The notes beneath the pieces are model-generated. The model saw nothing but the letters and a program-made list of their open reading frames with translations, had not been told where the DNA came from and ran no database searches. A stretch of DNA of 64,000 bases from positions 1,488,001 through 1,552,000 of the forward strand of contig JASTWF010000034.1 in NCBI GenBank assembly GCA_030390025.1. The letters are read 5' to 3'. Positions 1 through 13,000 of the stretch are shown piece by piece. Position 1 is the stretch's first letter. Every line of letters begins with the position of its first letter. The position numbers and the translations under genes are program-made. The DNA is from Squalus acanthias (lineage: Eukaryota).

Positions 1-327
1 TAACGGCAAAGTGTGTCTGACAAACTTGATTAAATTCTTTGATGAAGTAACGGAGAGGGTAGATGAGGGTAGTGCGGTTGATGTTGTGTATATGGACATC
101 CAAAATGCATTTGATGAAGTACAATTGAATAGACTTGATAGGACCAAAGGGACAGTGGCAGTGGGGATCTGACATTGGCTAAGGGACAGAAAACCGAGAG
201 TAGTGGTGAACGGTTGTTGTTCAGACTGGAGGGAAGTGTACAGTGGTATCCCCCAGGGGTCGCTATTCGGACCACTGCTCTTTTTGATATATATTAATGA
301 TATAGACATATATATATATATACACAT

Positions 328-364
<37 letters not shown>

Positions 365-411
365 GAGCGGGATAGTAGTAGGCTTCAGGAGGACATAGGC
401 AGACTGGTGAA
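1..411 (+). mobile_element. CR1 LINE ORF2 RT fragment, decayed, interrupted by a (TA)n(CA)n microsatellite at ~305-365
   Basis: Translates to GKVCLTNLIKFFDEVT..GSAVDVVYMD and [25 protein letters not shown], matching the CR1 ORF2s elsewhere in the window. Confidence 0.85.
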
Positions 412-1220
412 ATGAGCAAAGTGATGAAAGGTGCCGTCGACAGTGCTATTATGTGGCACTTACTCACTAATAACCTTCTCACTGATGCCCAGTTTGAGTT
501 CCGCCAGGACCACTCGGCTCCAGACCTCATTACAGCATTGGTCCAAACATGGACAAAGGAGCTGAATTCCAGACGTGAGGAGAGAGTGACTGCCCTTGAC
601 ATCAAGGCAGCATTGAACTGAGTGTTTCATCAAGGAGCCCCAGTAAAATTGTGGCAATGGAAAGCAGTGGGAAAACTCTCCACTGGCTCAAGTCATACCC
701 GGCACAACAGAAGAGGGTTGTGGTTTTTGGAGGTCAATCATCACAGCCCCAGGACATCGCTGCAGCAGTACATCAGGGCAGTTTCCTCGGCCCAACCATC
801 TTCAGCTACGTCATCAATGACCTTCCATTCATCATAAGGTCAGAAATTGGGATGTTCACTGATGACTGCACAGTGTTCAGCGCCATTCACAACTCCACAG
901 ATAATGAAGCTGCCCATGACCGCATGCAGCAAGACCTGGACGACGTTCAGGCTTGGGCTGATAAGTGGCAGGCAATAACTATCTCCAACAAGAGCCACAT
1001 CCCCTTGACATTAAATGGGATTAGCAACGCCAAATCCGCCATCATCAATATCCTGTGTGTCACCATTGACCAGAATCTTAACTGGACCAGCCAGATAAAT
1101 ACTGTGGCTAACAGAGCAGGTCAAGGCTGGGTATTCTGCGGCGAGTGTATCACCTCCTGACTCCCCAAATCCTTTCCACCATCTACAAGGCACAAGTCAG
1201 GAGTGTGATGGAATACTATC
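412..1220 (+). mobile_element. Non-LTR retrotransposon RT fragment, family distinct from the main CR1s
   Basis: Contains LLTDAQFEFRQDHSAPDLITALVQ, VTALDIKAA, AVHQGSFLGPTIFSYVINDL and MFTDD (YADD-like), with frameshifts. Confidence 0.8.
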
Positions 1221-4146
1221 CAGGGGGAGCCAGTAGATGTGGTGGTGTAGAATTCGCAATATATCGCGATTTGATTAATAAGGAGAAAACACAAAGTTTC
1301 GTTCAAACAGCTTTTATTTCAGCAGAATGCTGGCAGGTTTAAATTGGACACAAGCAGCCTGTAAAATGGCCGCCGCACCTCGTGACAGAACATTCTAGAC
1401 TTTTCAACAGGCAGACAAGATGGCGTTCCAATAAACATTTGTGCAAGATCGATTAAGATTCAGCACAGTGAAGATAATACACGAGACATTATGGGTTTGC
1501 AGTATAAACATAGATACTGGAATCGGTCTCCCAGGTACAAAGGAAAGCCATTGTACCGAGTAATCAAGGGCCCATCCAAAAGACATTAATATGTAAAATC
1601 CCAACGACTCTACGATGAGAGAGCCGTTAGCAGGTAGTTATACAGGACACTTGGAAGCCCCAAACCCCTCCAGGGAGAACACCGACCGATTGAACAATGG
1701 GAGAAATATTAACAGGTACTCAGACATTTACGAGTAGCCCCGAAACCCATTAAGAACGGAGATCACCCATACAAGACATTTGGGCGCCAAACCCTAAACA
1801 AAAGAAAGGACATAATAGTTGGGCGGGAAACGGAAGATTTTGCACTATAATTGCAGGCTCCAAACCGTCCATTCTCTCTCTTGCATTCGCTCGCTTGCTC
1901 CTGTGCTTTTATCCGGTCGATTCGTAACCTCGTGGCTGCTCCTGTGTGCTCGTAGTTGGGCTTCTGCTTGCCTGTTGCCTCTTCTGAAAAGACTGTTGAA
2001 CTTTCTGATCCGTTCGGATCTACCTCGTGTCGCGTAACGAAGACCTATGTTGGTAACTGGCAGCGGAACCGAAGGCCCGAGATGAGATGAGATGAGATGA
2101 GATGAGATGAGAAGAGAGGAAGACCATATCCATCGCCACGGTCAGTAAATCCCGACCGCGCCTGTAGGTCGATTAGCCAAGTTTTCCTCGCCAGGAAGAT
2201 TTCTCTTTTGAACTTATAACGAAACATATTGCATCGACGATAACTGGACTGTGTCCAGGGTAACTGGAACGTGAAAACACATCGTATCGATGATATTGAC
2301 AACTGTGCTCCAAGAGTACCTGTTAAGCCAACCAACACAGGTCTTCATCACAGCAGACGGTCCAGCCTGCTAGCCGGAGCAGCAGAAGCAAGTAAACAAG
2401 TGGGACCAGGAGATCTCCTGACCGACACGTGGGTGCTGCGGTGAAAAACATCCGATCAGCTATTCGGAATTTCTCCGAGTTATCACGAGTGGTGAGCATG
2501 ATTCTCGAGATCCTACGAATCTAGTTTAGGATAGATATTGATAGGGGAGGGTTTAAGGATTAAGGATATTTGTAATGTGTGCCCCTATTTACTTTGTGCC
2601 GTTCGTTCCTCGTTTCCCTAAGATCGACTATATAACTGTTTGTAAGATTGTACTGTCATTAATCTGTGCTTATGACATGTACTTCATAATTTTAAGTATC
2701 ATTCAATAAAGATTTTCCATTTCGTACCATTCAAACCAAGTCTACATGAGTTTTATCTCCATTACTGCTCTCGCATCTAAGTCCAGTGTCTAGAACCGTA
2801 AGGGAGAGTGATTCGAACCACTCACAGGTGTGTCTAGTGTTCCCAGACTGGCTGGAGACCAGAACAGGCAACAAGGCCTAGACCCGCACTGACATACAGG
2901 CTGCACAGAGCCGCGTGAATCTCACAGGCTGCGAGACACGCAGGGTCAGGAATCCCTTACAGTGGATTTGGATTTTCAGAAGGCATTCGATAAGGGCCAC
3001 ACAAGAGGTTATTAAACAAAATTAGGGTTCATGGGATTAGGGGTAATACACTAGCATGGGTTGAGGATTGGTTAACGGACAGAAAACAGAGAGTAGCAAT
3101 AAACGGGTCATTTTCGAGTTGGCAGGTTGTAACTAGTGGGGTACCGCAAGAATCAGTGCTTGGGCCTCAGCTATTCTCAATCTACATCAATGATTTGGAT
3201 TAGGGGACCAATAGCAATATATCCAAGTTTGCTGATGATACAAAGCTGGGTGGGAATGTAAGTTGTGAGGAGGATGCAAGGAGGCTTCAAGGAGATACAG
3301 ACAGGCTAAGTGATTGGGCAAGAACATTGCAAATGGACTATAACGTGGAGAAATGTGAAGTTAGGAAAAATAGTAAAGTAGAGTATTTTTTAAATAGTGA
3401 GAGATTGGGAAATGTTGGTGTTCAGATGGACCTGGGTGTACTTGTACGTGAATCACTGAAATTTAACATGTAGGTACAGCAAGCAATTAGGAAAGCAAAT
3501 GGTATGTTGGCCTTTATTACAAGAGGATTTGAGCATAAGAGTAAAGGCATCTTACTGCAATTATATAAGGCCCTGGTCAGACCACACCTGGAGTATTGTG
3601 TACAATTTTGGTCACCTTACCTAAGGAAGGATATACTTTCCAAAGAGGGATTTCAACGAAGGTTCACCAGGCTGGGTCCTGGGATGGGGCGGAGGTTTTT
3701 CCTATGAGGACAGATTGAGTAGACTAGGCCTATATTTCTAGAGTTTAGAAGAATGAGAGGTGATCTCATTGTAACATACAAAATTCTTCCAGGGTACATG
3801 TTAGATGCAGGGAGGATGTTTCCACTGGCTGGGGAGTGTAGAACCAGGGATCACACTCGCAGAATAAGGGGTCGGCCAGCAAGGTCTGAGATGAGGAGAA
3901 ATTTCTTCACTCAGAGGGTGGGGGATCTTTGGAAATCTCTACCTCTGAGGGCTGTGGTCGTTGAGTATATTCAAGACAGAGATCGATAGATTTTTGGATA
4001 TGAAGGGAATCAAGGGATATTGGGAAAGTTCAGGAAAGTGGAGTTCAGGTAGAAGACCAGCCATGATGATCTTATAGAATGGTGCAGCAGGCTCAATGGG
4101 CCGAATGGCCTACTGCTGCTCCTATTTCTTATCTTCCTATGTTCTA
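1221..4146 (+). mobile_element. 5'-truncated CR1 LINE split by an LTR insertion (1246-2961)
   Basis: GEPVDVV before the insert rejoins [10 protein letters not shown] after it. The copy continues through KFADDTK and LVRPHLEYCVQFWSP to a CR1 3' UTR and tail at ~4060-4146. Confidence 0.9.
1246..2961. mobile_element. Solo LTR (~1.7 kb), LTR retrotransposon or ERV
   Basis: TGTA...TACA termini with GTGG duplicated on both sides (1242-1245, 2962-2965). Removing it restores the CR1 reading. No internal gag/pol; (GAGAT)n at ~2079-2110. Confidence 0.8.
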
Positions 4147-4149
4147 ACT

Positions 4150-4752
4150 CTCACTATCTATCCCCATCATTCTCTTTACCTCTGTCTCTCTGTCTGTCTC
4201 TCTCTCTCGATGGCGCTCCCCCTGGCTGTCTTTCTCTCTCTCTCTCTGTTTATATTTCTCTATGCTCACTCTCTTTGTCTTTGACTGTCTCTCTCTCTCT
4301 ATCTTTGACATCCCTCACCCTGAATCTTCCCCTCAATGTCTCTCCCCCTCAGTCTCTCTCCCTCAATCTCTCTCCCCCCTCAAAATCCCTCTCCCCCTCA
4401 ACCTTTCTCTCAACCTCTCCCCCTCACAATGTATCTCCCCCAATCAGTCTCTCCCCCCTCAGTCTCTCCCCCCCTCACACTCTGCCCCCTCAGTCTCTCC
4501 CCCCAATCTCTCTCCCACAATCTATCTCCCCCTCAATGTCTCTCCACTCAATCTCTCCCTCAATCTCTCTCTCAATGGCTCTCCCTCAATGGCTCTCCCT
4601 CAATGGCTCTCCCCTCAATGGCTCTCCCCCTCAATGGCTCTCCCCCTCAATGGCTCTCCCCCTCAATGGCTCTCCCCCTCAATGGCTCTCCCCCTCAATG
4701 GCTCTCCCCCTCAATGGCTCTCTCCCTCAATGGCTCTCTCCCTCAATGTCTC
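4150..4752. repeat. CT-rich low-complexity tract grading into a 16-bp minisatellite (TGGCTCTCCCCCTCAA)
   Basis: Direct reading; clean 16-bp period at ~4575-4745. Confidence 0.9.
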
Positions 4753-4754
4753 TG

Positions 4755-7700
4755 GGCTGAAGGGAGTTATACATTGGAGATCCCCAGGGTTTAGAACAGG
4801 GGGCTGGATTAGGCAAACACTGGACATAACCACGACGCTGTACTGGGGGCTGGCAAGCGGCATACAGTGGATTTCCCCTGTGATCAGTACTGTAGGCTGA
4901 AGGGAGGTATACATTGGAGATCCCCAGGGTTGAGGACAGGGGGCTGGAGTAGACAAACACTGGACATAACCACGATGCTGTACTGGGGGCTGGAAAGAGG
5001 CATACAGTGGATTTCCCCTGTGATCAGTACTGTACGCTGAAGGGAGCTATACAGTGGAGTTCCCCAGGGTCCAGTACTGTGGTCTGGGGGGAGGTATACA
5101 GTGGAGTTCCCCAGGGTCCAGTACTGTGGTCTGGGGGGAGGTATACAGTGGATTTCCCCAGGGTTCAGTAGCAGGGACTGGAGAGAGGTATATAGTGGAG
5201 TTCCCCAGGGTTCAGTACTGGGGTCTGGAGAGAGGTGTACAGTGGAGTTCCCCACAGTTCAGTACTGGGGGCTCGAGCGAGGTATACAGTGGAGTTCCCC
5301 AGGGCTCAGTACAGGTGTCTGGGGGGAGGTATACAGTGGAGCTCCGCAGGGTTTAGTACTGGGGGCTGGAAGGAGGTATGCAGTGGAGATCCCCAGGGTT
5401 AAGTGGCAGGGGCTGGAGGGGGTTTACAGTGGAGTTCCCCAGGATTCAGTACTGGGGTCTGGAGGGAGGTATACAGTGGAGTTCCCCAGGTTTCAGTACT
5501 GGTGTCTGGGGGGAGGTATACAGTGGAGTTCCCCAATGTTGAGCACTGGTATTTGGAGGGAAGTATACAGTGTAGAACCCCAGGTTTGAGTACTGGGCTC
5601 TGGAGGGATGTTATACAGTGGAGTTCCGCAGGGTTCAAGACTGGGGTCTGGAGGGAGGTTTGCAGGTCGATTACCCCGGGTTCAGTACTGGGGTCTGGAG
5701 GGAGGTATACAGTGGAGATCCCCAGGGTTCAGTACTGGGGTCTGGAGGGAGGTATACAGTGGAGATCCCCAGGGTTCAGTACTGGGGGCTGGAGGGAGGG
5801 ATACAGTGCAGTTCCGCAGTATTCAGTACTGGGTGCTGGAGGGAGGTATACAGTGGAGTTCCCCAGGGTTTAGTACTGGGGTCTGGAGGGAGGTATACAG
5901 TGGAGTTCCCCAGAGTTCAGTACTGGGGTCTGGAGGGAGGTATACAGTGGAGTTCCCCTGGGTTCAGTACTGGGGTCTGGAGGGAGGTATACAGTGGAGT
6001 TCCCCAGGGTTCAGTACTGGGTTCTGGAGGGAGGTATACAGTGGAGTTCCCCAGGGTTCAGTACTGGGGTCTGGAGGGAGGTATACAGTGGAGTTCCCCA
6101 GGGTTCACTACTGGGGTCTGGAGGGAGTTATACAGTGGAGTTCCCCAGGGTTCAGTACTGGGGTCTGGAGGGAGGTATACAATGGAGTCCCCCAGGGATC
6201 AGTACTGGGGGCTGGAGGGAGGTATACAGTGGAGTTCCCCAAGGTTCAGTACTGGGGTCTGGACGTCGGTATACAGGGCGATTCCACAGGGTTCAGTACT
6301 GGGCGCTGGAGAGAGGTACACAGTGGAGATCCCCAGGGTTCAGTACTGAGTGGTTGGAGAGAGGTATACAGTGCTGTTCCCCAGGGTACAGTATTGGGAG
6401 GCTGGAGAGAGGTATACAATGGAGTTCCCCAGGGTTCGGTACTGTGGGACTGGAGGGAGGTATACAGTGGATTTCCCCGGGGTTCAGTAGCAGGGTCTGA
6501 GAGTAGGTATACAGTGGAGTTCCCCAGGGTTCAGCAAAGGGGTCTGGAGGGTGGTGTACAGGACGATTCCCCAGGGTTCAGTTCTGGGCGCTGGAGGGAG
6601 GTTTCCAGTGGAGTTCCCCAGGGTTAAGTACTGGAGTCTGGGGGATGTATACAGAGGAGTTCCTCAGGGTTCATACCTGGTGGCTGGTGGGAGGTATACA
6701 GTGGAGTCCACCAGGGTTCAGTACTGGGGTATGGAAGGAGGTATAAAGTTGAGTTCCCCCAGTGAACAGTACTGGGGACTGGAGGAAGGTGCACAGTTAA
6801 GTTCCCCAGTGTTCAGTACTGGGGTCTGGAGTGAGGTACACTGTGAAGTTCCCCAGGGTTCAGTACCGGGGTCAGGAGAGAGGTGTACAGTGGAGTTCCC
6901 CACAGTTCAGTACTGGGGACTCAAGCGAGGTATACAGTGGAGTCCCCCAGGGCTCAGTACCGGGGTCTGGAGAGCTGTGTACAGTGGTGTTCCCCACAGT
7001 TCAGTACTGGGGACTGGAGTGATGTATACAGTGGAGATCCCCAGTGATCAGTACCGGGATCTGGAGAGAGGTGTACAGTGGAATTCCCCACAGTTCAGTA
7101 CTGGGGACTCAAGCGAGGTATACTGTCGAGTTCCGCAGTATTCGGTTTTGGGGGCTGGAGGTAGGTATGCAGAGGAGTTCCCCAGGGTTGAGTGGCAGGG
7201 GCTGCAGGGGGATTACAACGGAGTTCCCCAGGGTTCAGTATTGGATTGGAAGCGAGGTATGCAGCGGAGTTCCCCAGGGTTCAGTACTGGCGGCTGGAGG
7301 GAGGTAAACAGTGGAGTTCCCCAGGGTTCAGTACTGGGGTCCGGGGGTATGTATACAGTGTAGATGCCCAGGGTTCTGTCCTGTGGGCTGGAGAGAGGTA
7401 CACAGTGGAGTGCCCCAGGAATCAGTACTGATATCTGGGGGAAGGTATACATTGGAGATCCCCAAGGTTCAGTGCTGGGTTCTGGAGGGAGGTATACTGG
7501 ACGATTCCCCAGGGTTCAGTACAGAGCGCTGGAGGGAGGTATACAGTGGAGTTCCCCAGGGTTCAGTAGCAGGTGCTGGAGGGAGGTATACGGTGGAGTT
7601 CCCCAGAGTTCAGTCCTGGTGTCTGGAGGGAGGTATACACTGGAGTTTCCGAGGGTTCGGAACTAGGGTCTGGAAGGAGGTATACAGTGTTATTCCCCTG

Positions 7701-8850
7701 GGTTCAGTACTGGGGTCTGGGGGAATGTATACAGTGTAGATCCCCAGGGTTCAGTACTGTGGGCTGGAGAGTGGTACACAGTGGAGTTCCCCTGGGTTCA
7801 GTACTGGGGGGTTGGATGGAGCAATACAGTGGATTTCCCCAGGGTTCAGTTGCAGGGGCTGGAGGGAGGTATACAGGGTAGTTCCCCAGGGTTCAGTACT
7901 GTGGGCTGCAGGGAGATATACAGTGCTGTTCCAAAGGGTTCAGTATTGGGGCGATGGAGGGAGGTATACAGTGCAGATCCGCAGGGTTCAGTACTGGGGT
8001 CTGGAGCGAGGTATACAGTGGAGTTCCCCAGGGTTCAGTCCTGGTGTCTGGGGGGATGTATACAGTGGAGTTCCCCAGGGTACAGTACTGGGGGCTGGAG
8101 GGAGGTATACAGTGGAGTTCCCCAGGGTTCAGTACTGGGGGCTGGAGGGAGGTATACAGTGGAGTTCCGCAGGGTTCAGTACTGGGGTCTGGAGGGAGGT
8201 ATGCAGTGGAGTTCCCCAGGGTGCAGTACTGGTGTCTGGAGTGAGGTATACAGTGGAGTTCCACAGGGTTCCGTACTGGGAGCTCGAGGAAGGTATACAG
8301 TTGAGTTCCCCAGGGTTCAGTACTGAGATCTGGAGAGAGGAATACAGTGGAGTTCTCCAGTGTTTAGTACTGTGATCTGGAGGTAGGTATACAGCGCAAT
8401 TCTCCAGGGTTCAGTACTGGGGTCTGGAGGGAGGTATACAGTGGAGTTCCCCAGGGCTCAGTACTGGTGTCTGGAGGGAGGCATACAGTGGAGTTCCCCA
8501 GGGTTCAGTACTTTGGGCTGGAGGGAGGTACACAGTGGAGTTCCCCAGTGTTCAGTACTGGGGTATGGAAGGAGGTATACAGTGGAGTTACCCAGGGTCC
8601 AGTACTGGAGTCTGGAAGGAGGTATACAGTGCAGTTCCCCAGGGTTCAGTACTGGGGTCTGGAGGGAGGTATACAGTGCAGTTCCCCAGGGTTCAGTACT
8701 GGGGTCTGGAGGGAGGTATACAGTGCAGTTCCCCAGGGTTCAGTACTGGGGTCTGGAGGGTGGTATACAGTGCAGTTCCCCAGGGTTCAGTACTGGGGTC
8801 TGGAGGGAGGTATACAGTGGAGTTCCCCATGGTTCAGTACTGGGGGAGGG
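4755..8850 (+). repeat. 47-bp tandem satellite (~85 units) derived from CR1 RT coding sequence
   Basis: Consensus GGAGGGAGGTATACAGTGGAGTTCCCCAGGGTTCAGTACTGGGGTCT encodes WREVYSGVPQGSVLG; compare the CR1 at 226-270. Confidence 0.9.
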
Positions 8851-8924
8851 CGGAGACATAAATGTTATAGTTATAGTCATACATTTCCATTACTGATTGA
8901 TATTATTTATTATTTATTTCTAAT

Positions 8925-9368
8925 AGCAATTTAATGGGCATATAATTGGCAAATGCAATTGAACACAGATAAATCTGAGATATTACATTTTGGGAAGAAA
9001 AAGAGAGAGGTCACATATTACTTTGAAAATAAGAATCTAAATGGGGCAGAGGAGCAAAGGGATCTCGGAGTACAAATACACACATCACTGAAAGTAGCGA
9101 CACAGGTTAATAAGGTCAGAAAAAGCAAACCAATCACTCGGGTTTATTTCTGGAGGGGTAGAATTGAAAATTAGTGAATTTATGCTAAACGTGTATCGAA
9201 CCTTGTTTAGATCACACTTGGAGTGCTGCGTACAATTCTGGTCGCTATATTCTAAAAAGGATATAGAGGCACTGGAGAGGGTGCAGAGAAGATTTACATG
9301 GATAATACCAGAAAAGCTAGGTATACATATTAGGAATGGATGGACAGGCTTGCTCTCCTTTCTCTTAA
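8925..9368 (+). mobile_element. CR1 ORF2 C-terminal fragment
   Basis: WQMQLNTDKSEILHFG and RSHLECCVQFWS..LERVQRRFT. Confidence 0.85.
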
Positions 9369-9700
9369 TAAGAACATAAGAACATAAGAAATAGGCGCAG
9401 GAGTAGGCCAATTGGCCCCTCGAGCCTTCTCCGCCATTCAATAAGATCATGGCTGATCTGATCCCAACCGCCAATCTACTATCACAGAACCATATCCTGA
9501 ACCTAACAGAATTGGACACACGAAATAGGAGCAGGATCAGGCTACACGACCCCTGGGCCCACTGCGCTACCCACAGGGCCATGACCGATCCGAACCTAGA
9601 CTCATGTGCAAATTCCTGCCCGCTCCCCGTAGCCCTTAAGATCCCTTTACTTCTAGGAAACTGTCTATTTCTGTTTTAAATTTATGCAATGATGTAGTTG
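9369..9700 (-). mobile_element. CR1 3' end (tail and UTR), reverse orientation
   Basis: (AAGAACAT)n tail followed by AAATAGG..CAGGAGTAGGCCA..GGCCCCTCGAGCC, the reverse complement of the CR1 3' UTR. Confidence 0.8.
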
Positions 9701-9764
9701 ATGGCCTGGTTCTGTGCTGTGTACCCCATGTAATCCCCTGTGATAGAGTAATGCTCTCATCTTA

Positions 9765-10008
9765 TACCTCCAGGGCAGGTACAGTGGGTTAGATACAAAG
9801 TTCAGCTCCCTCTACACTTCCCCACCAAACATTCCCAGGGCAGGGACAGCACGGGTTAGGTACAGAGTAAAGTTCCCTCCAATTTGGTTCATCAACACAA
9901 CCAACTGTGATACATCATGTGTTCAATGCAGCGTACAGCTCCCTTGACACTACCCAATGAAGCACAACCAGCTCGGGTACAGCATGGGGTCAATACAGAA
10001 TAAAGATC
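9765..10008 (-). repeat. Degenerate units of the 67-bp satellite
   Basis: GGGCAGGTACAG..GGGTTAGATACA.AGT..AGCTCCCTCTACAC is the reverse complement of the 17.7-19.9 kb unit. Confidence 0.8.
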
Positions 10009-13000
10009 CAAGAGGCAGGGCAATATCAGGAAGGTAGTGCAGGAGTCGTCTTCCTCCAAAACAGATATACCGTTTTGGATTCTGTTGGGGGAAATGACCT
10101 ACCAGGGGAAGGCACCAGCAGCCAGGTTCATGGCACCATGGCTGGCTCTGCTGCACAGCAGGGCGGGAAAAAGTGTGGCAGAGCTATAGTGATAGTGGAC
10201 TCAATTGTAAGGGGAATAGACAGGAGTTTCTGTGGCCGCAACCGAGATTGCAGGATGGTATGTTGCCTCCCTGGTGCAAGGGTCAAGGATGTCTCGGAGC
10301 GGCTGCAGAACATTCTGGAAAGGGAGAGTGAAGAGCCAGCTGTCGTGGTGCATGTAGGTACCAACGATATAGGTAAAAAGCGGGAAGAGGTTCTGCAAGC
10401 AGAATTTCGGGAGCTAGGAGCTAAATTGAAAAGTAGGACCTCAAAGGTAGTAATCTCTGGGTTGCTACCAGTGCCACGTGCTAATCATAGCAGCATGAAC
10501 AGGACAGCGAGATTAAATACGTGGCTTGAGCAGGGGTGCAGGAGGGAGGGATTCAAATACCTGAGGCATTGGAACCAGTTATGGGGGAAGTGGGACCTGT
10601 ACAAAAGGGACGGTCTGCACTTGGGCAGGACTGGAACCGATGTCCTCGGGGTCATATTTGCTAAGGCAGTTCGGGAGGATTTAAACTAATATGGCAGGGG
10701 AATGGGAACCTATGTAGCGAAACAGGGGGAAGTACTATGCAGTCAGAAACAAATGTTAGAAGGGTGAGAAACAATAAGGGTAATCAGAGTAAACAAAGGC
10801 AAGAAACACAAAGGGCCATACTAAATCATAAGTCTAAAAGGACAAAGGGTGTTAATAAAACAAGCCTAAAGGCTCTGTGTCTTAATGCAAGGAGTATCCG
10901 TAATAAGATGGATGAATTGACTGTGCAAATTGAAGTTAACGGATATGATGTGATTACAGAGACGTGGCTCCAGAACAATCAAGGCTGGGAACTGAATATC
11001 AAGGGGTATTCAACATTCAGGAAAGATAGAATAAAAGGAAAAGGGGGTGGGGTAGCATTGCTGGTTAAAAAGGAGATTAATGCAACAGCTAGGAAGGACA
11101 TTAGCTTGGAGGATGTGGAATCAATATTGGTTGAGCTGCAGAACACCAAAGGGCAGAAAACGTTAGTGGGGGTTGTGTACAGACCTCCAAACAGAAGTAG
11201 TGAGGTGGGGGAGAGAATGAAACAGGAAATCAGAGCTGCATGCAAAAAAGGCGCAGCAGTTATCATGGGTGACTTTAATATGCATATAGATTGGGCTACT
11301 CAAACTGGAAGCAATACGGTGGAGGAGGATTTCCTGGAGTGTTTAAGGGATGGTTTCCTAAACCAATATGTTGAGGAACCAACTAGAGGGGAGGCCATCC
11401 TGGACTGGGTGTTGTGTAATGAGGAAGGACTCATCATCAATCTTGTGGTACGAGGCCCCTTGGGGAAGAGTGACCATAGTATGGTGGAGTTCGACATTAA
11501 GATGGAGAAGGAAACAGTTAATTCAGAGACCATGGTCCAGAACATAAATAAGGGCAACTTTGAGGGTATGAGGCGTGAATCGGCGAGGTTAGATTGGCAA
11601 GCGATATCTAAGGGGTTATCAGTGGAAGGGCAATGGCAGACATTTAGAGATCGCATGGATGAGCTACATCAATTGTACATCCCTGTCTGGGGTAAAAATA
11701 AAAAAGGGAAGGTGGCTCAACCATGGCTAACAAGGGAAATCAGGGATAGTATTAAAAGCAAGGAAGTGGCATACAAATTGGCCAGAAGTAGCAATAAACC
11801 CGGGGACAGGGAGAACTTTAAAACTCAGCAGAGGAGGACGAAGGGTTTGATTAGGGCAGGGAAAATAAAATATGAAAGGAAGCTTGCGGAGAACATTAAA
11901 ACGGACTGTAAAAGCTTCTATAAATATGTAAAAAGTGGTTAGTAAAAACAAACGTAGGTCCCCTGCAGTCAGAAACAGGGGAAGTCATAATGGGGAACAA
12001 AGAAATGGCTGATCAATTGAACAAGTACTTTGGTTCGGTGTTTACTGTGGAGGACACAAACAACCTTCCGGAAATAAAAGAGATCAAAGGATCTGGTAAG
12101 AGGGAGGAGCTGAGGGAAATCCTTATCAGTCGGGAAAAGGTGTTGGGGAAATTGATGGGACCGAAGGCTGATAAATCCCCAGGGCCTGATGGTCTGCATC
12201 CCAGAGTACTTAAGGAGGTGGCCTTGGAAATAGTGGATGCATTGACGATCATTTTCCAACATTCCTTAGAATCTGGATCAGTTCAGAAGTAGTGGAGGGT
12301 GGCTAATGTAACCCCTATTTTTAAAAGAGGATGGTGGGAGAAAGCAGGGAATTATAGACCGGTCAGCCTGACATCGGTGGTGGGTAAAATGATGGAATCA
12401 ATTATTAAAGATGTCATAACAGACCATTTGGAAAGTGGCGACATGATAGGTCCAAGTAAGCATGGATTTGTGAAAGGTAAATCATGCTTGACAAATCTGG
12501 AATTTTTTGAGGATGTTTCCAATAGGGTGGACGGGGGGGGGAATCAGTAGATGTGGTGTATTTGGACTTTCAGAAGGCCTTCGACAAGGTCCCACACAAG
12601 AGATTGGTGTGCAAAGTTAAAGCACATGGGATTGGGGGTAATGTGTTGACGTGTATTGAGAACTGGTTGGCACACAGGAAACAAAGAGTAGGAGTAAATG
12701 GGTACGTTTCAGAATGGCAGGCAGTGACCAGCGGGGTACTGCAGGATTCGGTGCTGGGGCCCCAGCTGTTTACATTATATATTAATGATTTGGACGAAGG
12801 GATTAATTGTAATATCTCCAAATTTGCGGATGACACTAAATTGGGAGGCAGTGTGAACAATGAGGAGGATGCTAGGAGGCTACAGAGTGACTTGGACAGG
12901 TTGGGTGAATGGGCAAATGTATGGCAGATGAAGTACAATGTGGATAAATGTGAGGTTATCCACTTTGGTGGTAAAAATAGGGAGGCAGACTATTACCTGA

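Noticed and set aside
4755..8850. CRISPR-like array or long protein-coding ORFs
   Set aside because: Units are contiguous with no unique spacers, there are no cas genes and the context is vertebrate; the ORFs come from a stop-free repeat.
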